Assembly (NCBI RefSeq): GCF_030144855.1
Contig: NW_026778908.1
Span: 248,001-312,000, forward strand
DNA: 64,000 nt
Direction of reading: 5' to 3'
From: Hypanus sabinus
Lineage: Eukaryota
Positions 25,700 through 37,641 of the stretch are shown piece by piece. The notes under the pieces are model-generated. The model was not told the origin of the DNA. It made no database searches and saw only the letters and a list, made by a program, of their open reading frames with translations. The first letter of the stretch is position 1; each line of letters starts with the position of its first letter. The position numbers and the translations under genes are program-made.

Positions 25700-27140
25700 C
25701 TTTGTACTCTGACAGGTGATCGTATGTCTCCCATTTCACAATGCCGCCCTCTCCGTGATGTCAGAACAACAATCTTACACTCAGCCTCAGCAAGTCCAAG
25801 GAACTGACTGTGAACTTCAGGAAGGGGAAGTCGGGAGAACACACTCCAGTCCTCATCCTGGGGTCAGCGGTGGAAAGGCTGAGCAGCTTCAAGTTCCTGG
25901 GCATCAACATCTCTGAGGATCTGTTCTGGACCCAACATGTTGAAGCAATGAGGAAGGAGGTGACTACCGGCTCTATTTCATCCGGAGTCTGAGTACATTA
26001 CTCTGTGCAGCTACCCCAGGGGAGGGATTGTGGAAGGAACTGTCAATATTTTGGGACTGACCGTGAAGGGGAGAGAGTATTGAGGGTGAGTGGCATGTTG
26101 GTGTATTTGGTGGGATGGTGGGAGAGGGTTTGGATGATAGGCGGAGTGAGCTGGATAGGAGAGGGGGAGGCAAATTCAAAGTCCGGAGGAAACTCAAGGA
26201 ACACCACCTCATATTCTCCCCATGCATATTCCATCTACAGGTAACTCTATCACCTTCCAATCCCTCTCCCGTCCTATTTTGTCCTCCTTCCCCTGACCCC
26301 CACAGCCTTCCTTCACCCATCCACCCACCCGTTTCACTCCCTGACTCCGCTCCCTCCTCCCCATCTAACACTGGTTCTGTTTGCCTTTCCCCTTCCCCCA
26401 ATGGTTCCCATTATCACCTTTATTACTGATCAGATTCCAGCACCAGTGGAGAGAGTCTTGAATGTTGCAGCTACTCTCATGTTGTCTTGCAGAGAGTATT
26501 CAATTGCACTCCTGTGTCCGGTTGACAGTGGCTTTGGGATCAGGAAGTGAGAGACTCACCACAGGGTAACAGTCCCAGACCAACCCCACCATATGTGGAT
26601 GGTCGAGATGAGTGTCTGGTGATCACCCCCAGAATGTTCAGGGTACGGTAAGTGATGATGACATCGCCTTGAACATCCTGAGGGGCGTTGAATGTGGGGC
26701 CATCACTGATGCAAGGGGTAGCAGGTCAGACTCTCTCTGGTTGTAGGTGGTCATTTCCTGGCATCACGTTGGACAAATGCCACTTGCCACCTGACAGTTT
26801 TGGGGAACACTCGGGTGCCATCCCTGTCCCGAATGGGGTTGAATATCTAGGATGCTTGGAGCTCAACTCATCTCTCTATAGACCGATGGGGTGAGTTCTA
26901 ATCCACCTTCAGATTCTCCTGAATGGGCTTTTTGTACAAAGAACAGATCTCCGAAAGTTCCTCTCCATGGCCCTTCACTTTATTGTCTGCTTGCACTGCA
27001 CTTTCTCAGCAGCTGTAGCATTTATTCTGCATTCTGTAATTGTTTTTTCTTTAATACTACCTTGATGTTCTGATGTATGGAATGATCTGAATGGCTGGCA
27101 TGTAAACGAAGCTTTTCACTGTATCCTTGTACAATAATAA
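25700..27140 (+). mobile_element. Rex1/Babar-type LINE 3' fragment with nested Penelope and other fragments
   Basis: NFRKGKSGEHTPVLILGSAVERLSSFKFLGINISEDL (25810-25992). Penelope-like RKLKEHHLIF near 26180-26215. LINE-like tail near 26980-27140. Confidence 0.6.
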
Positions 27141-29459
27141 ACCAGATACCAATTACAATCACAGTGTCATCGTGAAATTAGTAACCAGAACTTCAGTGCT
27201 CTCCTTCACATCACTGACATAAACTGTAAAAAATAACATTTATTATTCACTCAGAGGAAGTGAGCTTCACAGGCTGAAATGGCATTTAATCCCCCATCCC
27301 TAATTGTCATTGAGAATGTGGTTGTGAGCTGCCTTCCCCCCACCCCAGGGGATTGACGGTGGAGGATGCCATGACAGCAATGCTACTCAATGTCAGAGAA
27401 ATGGTTGAATTTCCCTTGTTGGATGTCGTTACTACCTGGCACTTAGATGGCAAATGACACGGGCACCACACATCAGCCCAGGCTGCGTGTTGTCCAGCAT
27501 TTGGCTGTGGACTGCTCCATTACCTGGGGAGTTGTGAACGGTGAACACGGTGCATTTATCAGCTCTGACCCTCTGATGGATGGAAAGTCATTGATGAAGC
27601 AGTGAAGATGTTTGAGCCCAGGACACCATCCTGTGGAATCACTACAGGGACATCCTGTGGCTAAGACAATTCATCTCCCACCACCATGATGTGATAGACC
27701 ATAAGGCCGAGCAGCAGAATTTTACTGTTCAGCCCATCGTGTTTTTCCTTCATTCTTTCATGGCTGATTAATTTTCCCTCTCAACCCCAATCTCCTCCCT
27801 CTCCCCATAACCTTTGACACGCTCGCTAATTCAATTCCCATTAATCTCCTTTTTAATTATACCCAATGACTTGGGCTCTATGGCCGTCTGTGACAATCAA
27901 TTCCAGAAATTCACCACTGCATAGTTAATGGAATTCCTCCTCCTCATCTCTGTTCAAAAGGGCGTCCTGTTCCGAGGCTGAGCCCTCTGGTCTGAGACTC
28001 TCCCACTATTGCAAACTCATCTGCATGTCCACTCTCTCTCCCTTGGCCTTGTATGATTCTGAGCAGTGGAGGATTCCAGTGTAACCAGGGCCCCTGATGC
28101 CACACTGGATCAAATGTGGCTATGATGACGAGGGTAGAGAATGCCACCTCACCCTGGGAGTTTGGTTCTCTGTCTGTGTTTGGATCCCAGCTGTGGTGAA
28201 GTCTGGAGTCGAGATGACTTTAGCCAAACAGCTTCTGTGATCAGATTGTTGCCCGGCAACTGGCCGGGTTAGACGTGTCCTGTTCAGTGTGGATAGGATC
28301 TACTCAGTCAGTTTGTTGGATAGTTGCCAGTGACGTAGCTGCCCTGGAACAGTCTGGCTAAGGAGGTGGCAGGCTCTGGGTCACAGGGCATCAGCACCAC
28401 TGCCAGAATGTCATCAGGAACCATGGTCCTTCCTGTACCCAGTGTCATCTCTTGTTGATATTGTGGAGTCAACTAAACCGGCCGAAGACTTGTGTCTATT
28501 GTGCTGTGGACCACTGCAAGAAGACAAGGTGGATCACTTGCTCTGCCCTTCTGGCAAAAAATGTTTTTGCTTTTCCTTTGGCTCTGATATGAAAATCAGA
28601 GGCTGCACTCCACCAATTGTGTCACACCATTCATCACATCTTCCTAGCCAAATTTGTTAGTCCTCTCCTTGCTTCCCGATAGCCAGCCCATCTTGATATC
28701 ATGTGTTAACTCCTTGATGCCTCATCTCTGGAATTCAAAGCTTTGTTGGGACATCTTGTGGCAAAATTTGGGACAGGGTAGCTGTCCAACTCTGTGCAGA
28801 GATAATGACACTGATCAAAGTGATCCGGAAATGGACAGTGCTCAAGGTCTAACCCCTTGGAAGTGATCAACCTGGTTTCTATCCCATGGTACAATTAATG
28901 CAACTCACCCACTTTTCCTCAACTTTCCTCCCACACCAGTATCCTTTGTATGGGTCTGGACAAGGTGCACCAGGCAAGCCAATGTGCCCCTGGGCAATCT
29001 CAGACATATGCCTTGTGACATTTCTGGACACACAAGAGTGGTCTGTCCATCAATAAGCAATTGCAAACTCTCAGCAAGAGGCAACATCACTCAATGTTGT
29101 GATTAATCACACACCAATAAGCACGTTAACATGGAGTGCTGCCAAAAGAAACATGCATTCATCATCAAAGACCCCTCACCATCCAGGCCATTGATAAAAA
29201 TACTGACTTTGACTTCGGCATTAAGGGCATCACACTGTGCCCAAAGCACCACATGAATTGGACCTGCTGTGGCTGAGAGAGAAAATGCACAGTCGTTGGA
29301 CTGAAGCATATGTTCTGCTCCACTGAGCACATTCCAACAGAAGTTGTCCCAGGTGGGAGTGTGGACAGGCAGCGTGACATGTTGACATTAGAAACACGGA
29401 CACAGGGAGCTGTGCTTAATCCCACTTTTAATAAATGTAACATTAGACAAATCCTCTGT

Positions 29460-29960
29460 GCAACATGCACTCAGTGATTACTCTATTAGGGACATCCAAT
29501 CATCTGGCAGCAACTTCATGCTTAAAAGCATCCAGACATGGTCAAGAGGTTCACACCAAACATCAGAGTGGTGAAGAAATGTGATCTAAGTGACTGACTG
29601 TGGAATAATTGTTGGTGCCAGACAGGGTGGTTTGAGTATCTCAGACCCTGCTGATCTCCTGGGATTTTCATGGACAACGGTCTCTAGAGTTTACATCGTG
29701 TGGTGTGAAAACAAACAAACAAAAAAATAAAAACTGGTGAGCTGCAATTTTGTTAATTTTGCAATTTTGAAAATACCTTGTTAATGAGAGACTCAGAGAA
29801 GAATGGGCAGACTGGTTCAGCTGACAGGAAGGTGACAGTAGCTCAAATAACCATCAGTAGCAACAGTGGTGTGCAGAACAACATCTCTGTGTGCGCAAAG
29901 GTAGAAACTTGAAGTGGGTGAACTACAGCAGCAGAAAACCACATAACCCGTAATATCAGG
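29460..29960 (+). mobile_element. Tc1-like transposon fragment
   Basis: gttggtgccagacagggtggtttgagtatctcaga..ctgatctcctgggatttt encodes a Tc1 HTH-like remnant (VGAR..GLSIS..ADLLGF). The reverse complement of the same family is seen near 40200-40380 and 50660-50880. Confidence 0.55.
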
Positions 29961-30832
29961 ACAAGATCGTCTCTGGTCCATTATTCAATTAATATAACTG
30001 ATTATTGACCTGATCGTCACTTCCCTCCCCTAACCCCATGCCCACCGGTTCCATTACTATCCAACAAATCAGTACTATCACTAAACACAGGCAGTGTCTG
30101 AGCCCCCACCACCCCACGAGTAAACTCCCCTTCACACGGAGCCCAGAGCTGGCTGTGATATTCCAACCATCCAGGCACCTTCTGTGCAAGGAGAAACAGG
30201 TCAATGTTTCAGGAGCACGTATGATTTTGGCAAGATATCTCTGTCCTTGAACTTGGATCAATTAATGCTAATGCAGTGTTTCCCTTCACATGCCCAGTGT
30301 ACCTGCGTTGTAACCATCAGCAACCTGTGCACAGTGCAGAGATTTGTCCCAAATGATATTGGAGCTGCAGAGTCTGGGCCCACACACGTGTTTGTACATT
30401 ACATCCACTCCACACCCCCACATGTTCTCTGTCCTCCTCACAGACCCAGTTATTCTGCCTCTGTCTGTGACTCCAACATGAGGTGGTAACCTGGTGGAGG
30501 GAACCAGCAGCCTTCTGGGACAGTCTGAATTTATCCCCACAACCCCCCACCCCCAGGACTCAGATATCTTGAAGTCCGCTCACTGATGTCACGTGGGGAA
30601 TGTGGTAATCAGTCCACAGCAACGAGGGTGACCCAAGCCATCTCTAAGTAGAGGGATGAATACCGGCCATGGCCCCCCCACCCCTCAGCTGATGGGAACC
30701 AAGGTCCTTCTTCCCAACAGTGATCCACTGTACTCCCCCCTGAATAGCTCCTCCCACTCTCAAGCGGCATTCCCTGAGCGATTCTGTCATTTCACTGTGC
30801 ACCCTGCGCCCCCTGAATAAAAGCAATGTGAT

Positions 30833-30838
30833 TTTATT
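30833..30838 (-). promoter_or_regulatory. Candidate polyadenylation signal of the Siglec-like gene
   Basis: AATAAA on the minus strand about 210 nt downstream of the stop codon. Confidence 0.35.
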
Positions 30839-31046
30839 TGTCTGAATCAGCGAGTCTCCAGTTTCGCTTGATATGAATGAACATGATTAGAAAGTAGGTG
30901 GTAACCCGGGTCTGTGGGACCCAGTGGTCTGTGGGATCCTGCTGTGTAGTTGGCTGCAATGTTCCCTACAGCACTGGCCATCTCCCGGAGAACCAGAAGC
31001 CTCTCTCCCCAACCTCCCCCCCTTCGCCCACCACCGCTGCGACCCT

Positions 31047-31235
31047 TCAGGCTGGCCCGATTGACTGGAATTTCAAAGCTGCGTACACAACCGTCTCCCC
31101 CCTGCGAACAGGACCCCCACCGCTGGGCAGTTCCCGCAGGCTGGCGTACACTGGGTCACACTCCTCCACCTCTCCAACGGGCATTACTGGTGAAACTTCC
31201 CGTGGGATCTGGCTCGTCCTCTGCCTCTCCGTCTC
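31047..31235 (-). CDS. Siglec/MAG-like gene, last exon (cytoplasmic, ITIM)
   Basis: Acceptor ttttatttctgccccag, phase 0. ETERQ...DPVYASL...ETVVYAALKFQSIGPA-TGA; VVYAAL fits the (I/V/L/S)xYxx(L/V) consensus. Confidence 0.85.
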   Translation of the reverse strand, partial: ETERQRTSQIPREVSPVMPVGEVEECDPVYASLRELPSGGGPVRRGETVVYAALKFQSIGPA

Positions 31236-32038
31236 CTGGGGCAGAAATAAAAGCAAATCTCAATTCTTCATCAAACACCATTGAACTGCTCACTCCCCAT
31301 CACGAAACTAATTCCACAACATCTGGATTTACTTCCAGGACTCTACAACTCAGGCTCTCACTATTTATTACTTATTTGTGTATTGTTACTTTTTATTTTC
31401 TATTTGCAGAGTGTTGTTGTTTGCACGTTAGCTGTTTGCATCAATGATGTGTGGAGTTTTAATTGATTCTGTTTGTTTCCTTAAATTTTATTGTGAAAGC
31501 CCACAAGAAAATAATTCTCAGGATAGAATGTGGTGACATACATGTACTTTGATAATAAATCTACTTTGAACTTTGAACACTGAGGACGAAGATATTTAAA
31601 TGCTGCGAACACTGACTAGTGAATAACAGGCTCTGACTAACAAGTTGGAACCCTGTTGTGAACATAATCCTCTTGTTCTTTCCCACTCCCCTCCCTCATT
31701 TCTTCTCTTTCAGTTACTCTCTCATCTCCCAGTTCACTGCGAGTCTCTCAGCTTTGTCTATTTCATTCATTCACTCTCTTGTTCCTCTCTCTCTTTCCAT
31801 CTGTCTCCCTATCTCACTCCCTTACACTTCCTCCATCTCATTCCTCCCTCATTCCTCCTCTATTCCTCCCTCATTTTTGCTCCTTCCCTTCCTCTCATTC
31901 ACTCACTCATGCTCCTAAACCAAACCATAGTAGTCTGTGAGCATCTCCCCATAGTGCAACACTCCCCCCTCAATGTCCTTCCCGCAGCGCTGTGCTCCCG
32001 GTGTCCTGCCCTTTACTGGACTGAGCTCTGACCTGTAC

Positions 32039-32120
32039 CTGAGGTGCGGTCAAGTGTGCAGTGGAGCTGACGGTGCTGTCCAGGATCTCCAAGGCCGTCT
32101 CCTTGGTCCGTGCATCCCGT
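32039..32120 (-). CDS. Siglec/MAG-like gene, cytoplasmic exon 1 (82 nt, phase 2-0)
   Basis: ttctgctgttccag|A CGG GAT...CCT CAG|gtacag; RDARTKETALEILDSTVSSTAHLTAPQ; phases join the TM and last exons in frame. Confidence 0.75.
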
Positions 32121-32627
32121 CTGGAACAGCAGAAGTTTTGCCCAAGGTTACAGAACATCAGAGTGTCAGCCTAATCTCCATCCTGATCCCACCTCACTGT
32201 GACATCCAGACCATCTGATACAACATCCTCCACTGAGGCTGTGGAGTGGCACCACTCTGCCCCTCCTCCCCCTCCCCTTCTCCCCTCCTCCCTTCCCTTC
32301 TCACAACCCTCCTCCTCCCCCTTCCCCTTTTCCATCGCCTCCCTTAACCCTCCTCCACCCATGAGAGACAGATAGAGAAAATATATCTGAAAGTTTAATA
32401 GTTTCCTTCTTCGTTTGGACGCCTCACCTGTGGTGCTGACAACTGACCACTGATCAAGGTGTGACCCCCAGGCGCTGTGTGACCACGGGATGACAAGGAC
32501 CAGACTGGAAGACAGGGAATTCCCAGACTCCCTCATTGTGCTTCTGGATCTGGAGCTCCCTTTGTTTAGGTTGGTTTATTTTATGATGTAAGTTATGTAT
32601 AACATACAGATGCCGTGTACATCCTCC

Positions 32628-32770
32628 CTGTGACCACATGGATTCCTTCGGGTGCTCTAGTTTCCTCCTACATTCTAAAGACGTACCAGTTAGTAGCTCA
32701 ACTGGTCATTGTAACTTGTCCTGTGATCGGCTAGGGTTTGGAATGAAGGGCCTGTTCCGTGCTGTGTCCC
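32628..32770 (+). mobile_element. V-SINE-like fragment
   Basis: Core ggattccttcgggtgctctagtttcctcc..aaagacgtaccagttag, similar to 13571-13822. Confidence 0.55.
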
Positions 32771-32832
32771 TAGATTAATTATTTTGTCCTGTCTGTAAAG
32801 TACAGTGCTGCTGCTAATGACCACAGCATATA

Positions 32833-34758
32833 CAGTGCCTATAAAACTTTTCACCTCCTTGAAAGTTTTCATGTTTTGTTGTTTTACAACATTGAATCAC
32901 AGTGGATTTAATTTGTCTTTTTGATTGAGCAGCAGAAAAGGACTCTTTCATGTCAAGGTGCAAAACAGATCTCTACAAAGTGATCAAAATTAATTATAAA
33001 TATAAAACACAAAATAATTGATTACATAAGTATTCACCCCCTATAATATGACACACCAAATCATGATTGGTCCCCCCTACTGGTTTCAGAAGTCACATAA
33101 TTAGTTAAGTGGAGATCTGGTTTTGGAGACCTGTGTATGGTCAAGCTGTTTCAATTGATTGTAGTGTACACTGTCTCTAAAACGTATTAACCCCTCCCCA
33201 GAAGTTTTAGTGTTCAATTTTTTCAGCATTGTATCATTTGAATTTAATTTGTTTTTCTTGACACTAATCAATAAAAAAAGAATTTTGTGTCAAGGTGAAA
33301 ACAGATCTCTACAAAATCACAAATATAAAACACAAAATAACTGATTGCATAAATATTCACCCCCCCCCCTTTAAAATGACCACCAAATCATCACTGGTGC
33401 CACCGGATGGTTTCAGCAGTCACATCATTAGTTATATGGAGATGTGTTTTTGGAATCCTGTCTACGGTCAAGGTGTTTCAATTGACTGTAGTAAAAATAC
33501 ACCTGTATCTGGAAGCTCCAACTGCTGGTGAGTCAGTATCCTGGCAAAAGCTACTCCATGAAGACAAAAGAACACTCCAGACAACTTTGTGACAAGGTTA
33601 TTGAAAAGCACAAGATGAAAGAAGATGGATAAAAGAACATTTCCATGTCACTGAATATCCTTTGGAGAACAGTTAAGGTAATCATCCAGAAATGTAAAGG
33701 ATATGGCAGAGCTGTAAATCTGCCTCAGCAGACCATCCTCAAAACCCTGAGTGACTGTGCAAGAAGGGGACTAGTGAGGAAGGTCACCAAGAGACCTGTG
33801 ACAACTCAGGAGGAGTTGCAAGCTTCAGTGGCTGAGATGGGAGAGACTGCGCAAACAACAACTGTTGTCCAGGTGCTTCACCAGTCACAGGTTTATGGGA
33901 GAGTGGCAAAGAGAAAGTTACCATTGAAAATCGCTCACATGAAATCTCAGCTAGCATTGGCCAGAAGGCACGTGGGAGTCTCTGAAGCCAGCTGGAGGAA
34001 GGCTCTATGTTACATTGAAACCAAAGTGAACTTGTTGGCCATCAGACTAAACGCTATGTTTGACATAACCCCAAAACCACACATCAGAAACCACCATCCC
34101 TACCATGAAACGTGGTGGTGGCTGCAACATGCTGAGGGGATGCTTCACTGCAGCAAGGCTTGTGAAGGTAGAGGGAAAAATGAAGGCAGCAAAATACAGG
34201 AAAATCCTGATTTCCCAGGAGAAATGGGTCTTGGGAGAAGATTTGTTTTCCAGCAAGACAATGACCCCAAGCATAAATCCAAAGCCACACAGGAATAGTT
34301 TAAAAACAAATGTAATGTCCTGGAGAGGGCAAGTCAGAGTCCAGACTTCAATCCATTTGAGAGTTTGTGGCTGGACTAGAAAAGAGATTTTCACTGACGA
34401 TCCCCATGCAATCTGACAGAGCTTGAGCAGTTGAAGAATGGGGAAGGCTTGCAGTGTCCAGAAGTGCAAAGCTGAAAGAAACCTGTCCACACAGACTCAA
34501 GGCTGTAGTTGCTGCCAAACTTGCATCTACTAAGAACCGATTTAAAGGGGGTGAATACTTCTGCAATCACTTATCTTGTGTTTTACATCTGTAAGTTCAG
34601 ATCACTTAGTAGAAGTATGTTTTCACTTTGACATATAAGAGTATTTTTCCGTTGATCTGTGTCAACAAAAAGCCAAATTAAATGTACTGTGATTCAATGT
34701 TGTAAAACAATAAAACATGAACACTTCCAAGCAGGGTGAATACTTTTTATAGGCAGTG
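32833..34758 (+). mobile_element. Tc1/mariner transposon (long-IR type), defective transposase
   Basis: TA-flanked ends cagtgcctataaaa / tttttataggcagtg; ~210-bp inverted repeats. ORF 33645-34298 includes the remnant RFVFQQDNDPKHKSKATQE. Confidence 0.9.
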
Positions 34759-35543
34759 TACACCAGAATGTAGGATCTAACATTGACTGTGAATGTTTGT
34801 TGATTGCTAGTCAGTAGGGGAGACAAGGACAGGAACAGACACAGACCCGGTGAAGCAGTCACCCACAGGCAGACAGCAGAGGGTAGGATTTGAATTGAAT
34901 GATCTTTATTGTCATTATACATAGGTATAATGTACATTACATATACATTACATGTATAATATACCTATGTATAATGAAACTCTGTTTAGCTTCTTCTCAG
35001 GCAATTAAATAAAGTGGTAGATAAAAACAAGACAGTAGTAAAAAAAGTATTAAATAGATAAGTAGCAGAAAATAAGTTGCAGCAGCACCAGAACATCACA
35101 GTAATGCACAAAGTGCTATTAGTGCAAGTATTTGAGTCCTTGTGTGTGCTCACAGTTTCAGTCATTGTTCTGTGGGAGTGGTGTGATGGAGGCCACGGCT
35201 CTGGGGTAGAAGCTGTTCCTCAGTCTATTTGTTCTAGTTTTTAGTGTCCTGAACCTTTTGCTGGACGGCAGCGGGTCAAACAGCGAGTGGCCGGGGTGCG
35301 TAGAGTCTCTGGTTATGCTGATTGCTTTCATCCTGAGTTTGCTGGAATAGAGGCTGAGTATTCCTCACCTACAATTCCACTTGACCCCGCAACACCACCT
35401 CTTTAGTCAAGAAAGCACAGCATGTCTGTATTTCATGAAGAGATTGAGGATGTAACAATGAACTTAAGCTGGTAAATAGAGGCGACAGCGACAGGAACAG
35501 ATTTAGACCCAATCAAAGCTGTCACCCACAGGCAGACAGCAGA

Positions 35544-36456
35544 CACAGGTGCAGGGATCGCTCCCTACGTGACTCCCTTGTCCACTCGTAACCCCCATCC
35601 CTTCCTACCGATCTCCCTCCTGGCACTTATCCTTGTAAGCAGAACAAGTGCTACATCTGCCCTTACACTTCCTCCCTCACCACCATTCCAGGTGAGGCAA
35701 CACTTCACCTGTCAGTCGGCCGGTGTGGTATACTGCGTCCGGTGCTCCCGGTGTGGCCTTTTATATATTGGTGAGATCCGACGCAGACTGGGAGACCGTT
35801 TCGCTGAACACCTACACTCTGTCCGCCAGAGAAAGCAGGATCTCCCAGTGGCCACACATTTTAATTCCACGTCCCATTCCCATTCTGATATGTCTATCCA
35901 TGGCCTCCTCTACTGTCAAGATGAAGCCACACTCAGGTTGGAGGAACAACACCTTATATACTGGCTGGGTAGCCTCCAACCTGATGGCATGAACATTGAC
36001 TTCTCTAACTTCCATTAATGCCCCTCCTCCCCTTCTTGCCCCATCCCTGATGTATTTAGTTATTTTCCCTCCTTTTTTTCTCTCTCTCTCTGCCCATCAC
36101 TCTGCCTGTTCTCCATCTCCCTCTGGTGCTCCCCTCCCCCTTTCTTTCTCCCTAGGCCTCCCGTCCCATGATCCTTTCCCTTCTCCAGCTCTGTATCCCT
36201 TTGGCCAAAAAAATCACCTTTCTGGCTCTCAGCTCCACCCCACCCCCTCCGGTCTCCTCCTAACATTTTGCATTTTCCCATCCCCCTCCTACTTTCAAAT
36301 CTCTTACTGTCGTTCCTTTCAGTTAGTGCTGACGAAGGGTCTCGGCCCGAAATGTCAGTAGCGCTTCTCCCTATAGATGCTGCCTGGCCTGCTGTGTTCC
36401 ACCAGCATTTTGTGGGTGTTGCTTGAATTTCCAGCATCTGCCGATTTCCTCGTGTT
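35544..36456 (+). mobile_element. 5'-truncated Penelope-like element with an open GIY-YIG endonuclease domain
   Basis: ORF 35569-36018 VVYCVRCSRCGLLYIGE..RLGDRFAEHL..LPVATHFN..RLEEQHLI. 6-bp TSD agcaga (35538-43 / 36457-62). Decayed hammerhead CTGACGA..GAAA at 36329-36352. Confidence 0.9.
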
Positions 36457-36479
36457 AGCAGAGGGTAGGATTTGAACAG

Positions 36480-37150
36480 AAGCTGAACATTCCTCACCTA
36501 TAGTTTCACCTGGCCCTGCAACACCATCTCTTTCGTCAAGAATGTACAGCATGTCTCCATTTCCTAAGGAGATTGAGGCGTGTGAGGCTATTTTCTCCCT
36601 CTATTCTAACCAATTTTTAACAGGAGCTCCATCGAGAGTATCCTGACCAGCTGTATCACTGTCTGATACGGCAATGGAAAAGCATCTGACCACAAGACCT
36701 GACAAAGGATTACAAGGGCTGCTGAAGTGATCATCGGGGTATCTCTTCCACCCATCCAAGATGTTTACCAGGACCCTTAGGATTGTCAAGGATCCCCCCC
36801 CCCCCATCCGTCTCACAATCTCTTTGACCATCTTTGTCCCCCCCAGCACCCCACCATCAGGCAGGAGGAACCGTCGCATTATGAGACGGACTGTGAGGAT
36901 GGGAAACAGCTTCTTCCCCACCACTGAACCCCCTGACACCACCCAGGTCTCATCACTTATAAAGTGTCATTAATGCACCTTATGATCAATGTTAATCTTT
37001 TAGAATCTATTTTACTATTTGTTAACTTATTTGTGGGAATGTTGTTTTATGTGCTGTGTGTGTTATTTGCACTGTGTTGTATACCCTCCAGGGAACGATG
37101 CTTCATTTGACCGTATAAATGTATACAATTGAAATGACAATAAAACTGAA
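36480..37150 (+). mobile_element. Rex1/Babar-type LINE 3' fragment
   Basis: ccatcgagagtatcctgaccagctgtatcac..ggcaggagg..aacagcttcttcccc, homologous to the Rex copy at 45721-47152. Confidence 0.6.
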
Positions 37151-37185
37151 CTTGAATGTTCATCTGGACTTACTTCTGGATGTAC

Positions 37186-37270
37186 CTGGAGATGAAGAAC
37201 CCAGCCAGTAGCATACTGAGAATGACATTGCTCGTGAGTAACACTGTGATCCAGACAGCAGAGACCCCAC
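37186..37270 (-). CDS. Siglec/MAG-like gene, transmembrane exon (85 nt, phase 1-2)
   Basis: ttgcttgatgttacag|GT GGG GTC...ATC TCC AG|gtacat; GGVSAVWITVLLTSNVILSMLLAGFFISR; no charged residue in the helix. Not in the ORF track. Confidence 0.85.
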
Positions 37271-37641
37271 CTGTAACATCAAGCAACAGGACAGCTTCAG
37301 AATAGTCCACTGTACAAGTCAACCCCTTTCTCATTTATGGACAGACTACTGCCCAGGATTGAAAGAAGATGTAGAAAGTTGCAAACTCAGTAGCATCATG
37401 GTCACCTGCCTCTTTAGTACCTAAATCATCTTCAAAAGTTGAAGCCTCAAATAGGCATCATTATAGACCCCACCATACACGATATGCCTTCTTCGCATTG
37501 TTGCCATCAAGGAGGAAGTAGAAGACACACACTCATGTGTGAGGAACAGTTTCATCTTCACTACCACTGCCTCATGACTCTTTTCACTATTTTGGTCTCT
37601 CTTTGCACAACTTATATAATTTGCTTTCTATAAATATATAT

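Noticed and set aside
24035-25739. Cys/Val-rich and His/Thr-rich ORFs resembling metallothionein or keratin-associated proteins
   Set aside because: They are translations of the TG/CA tract.
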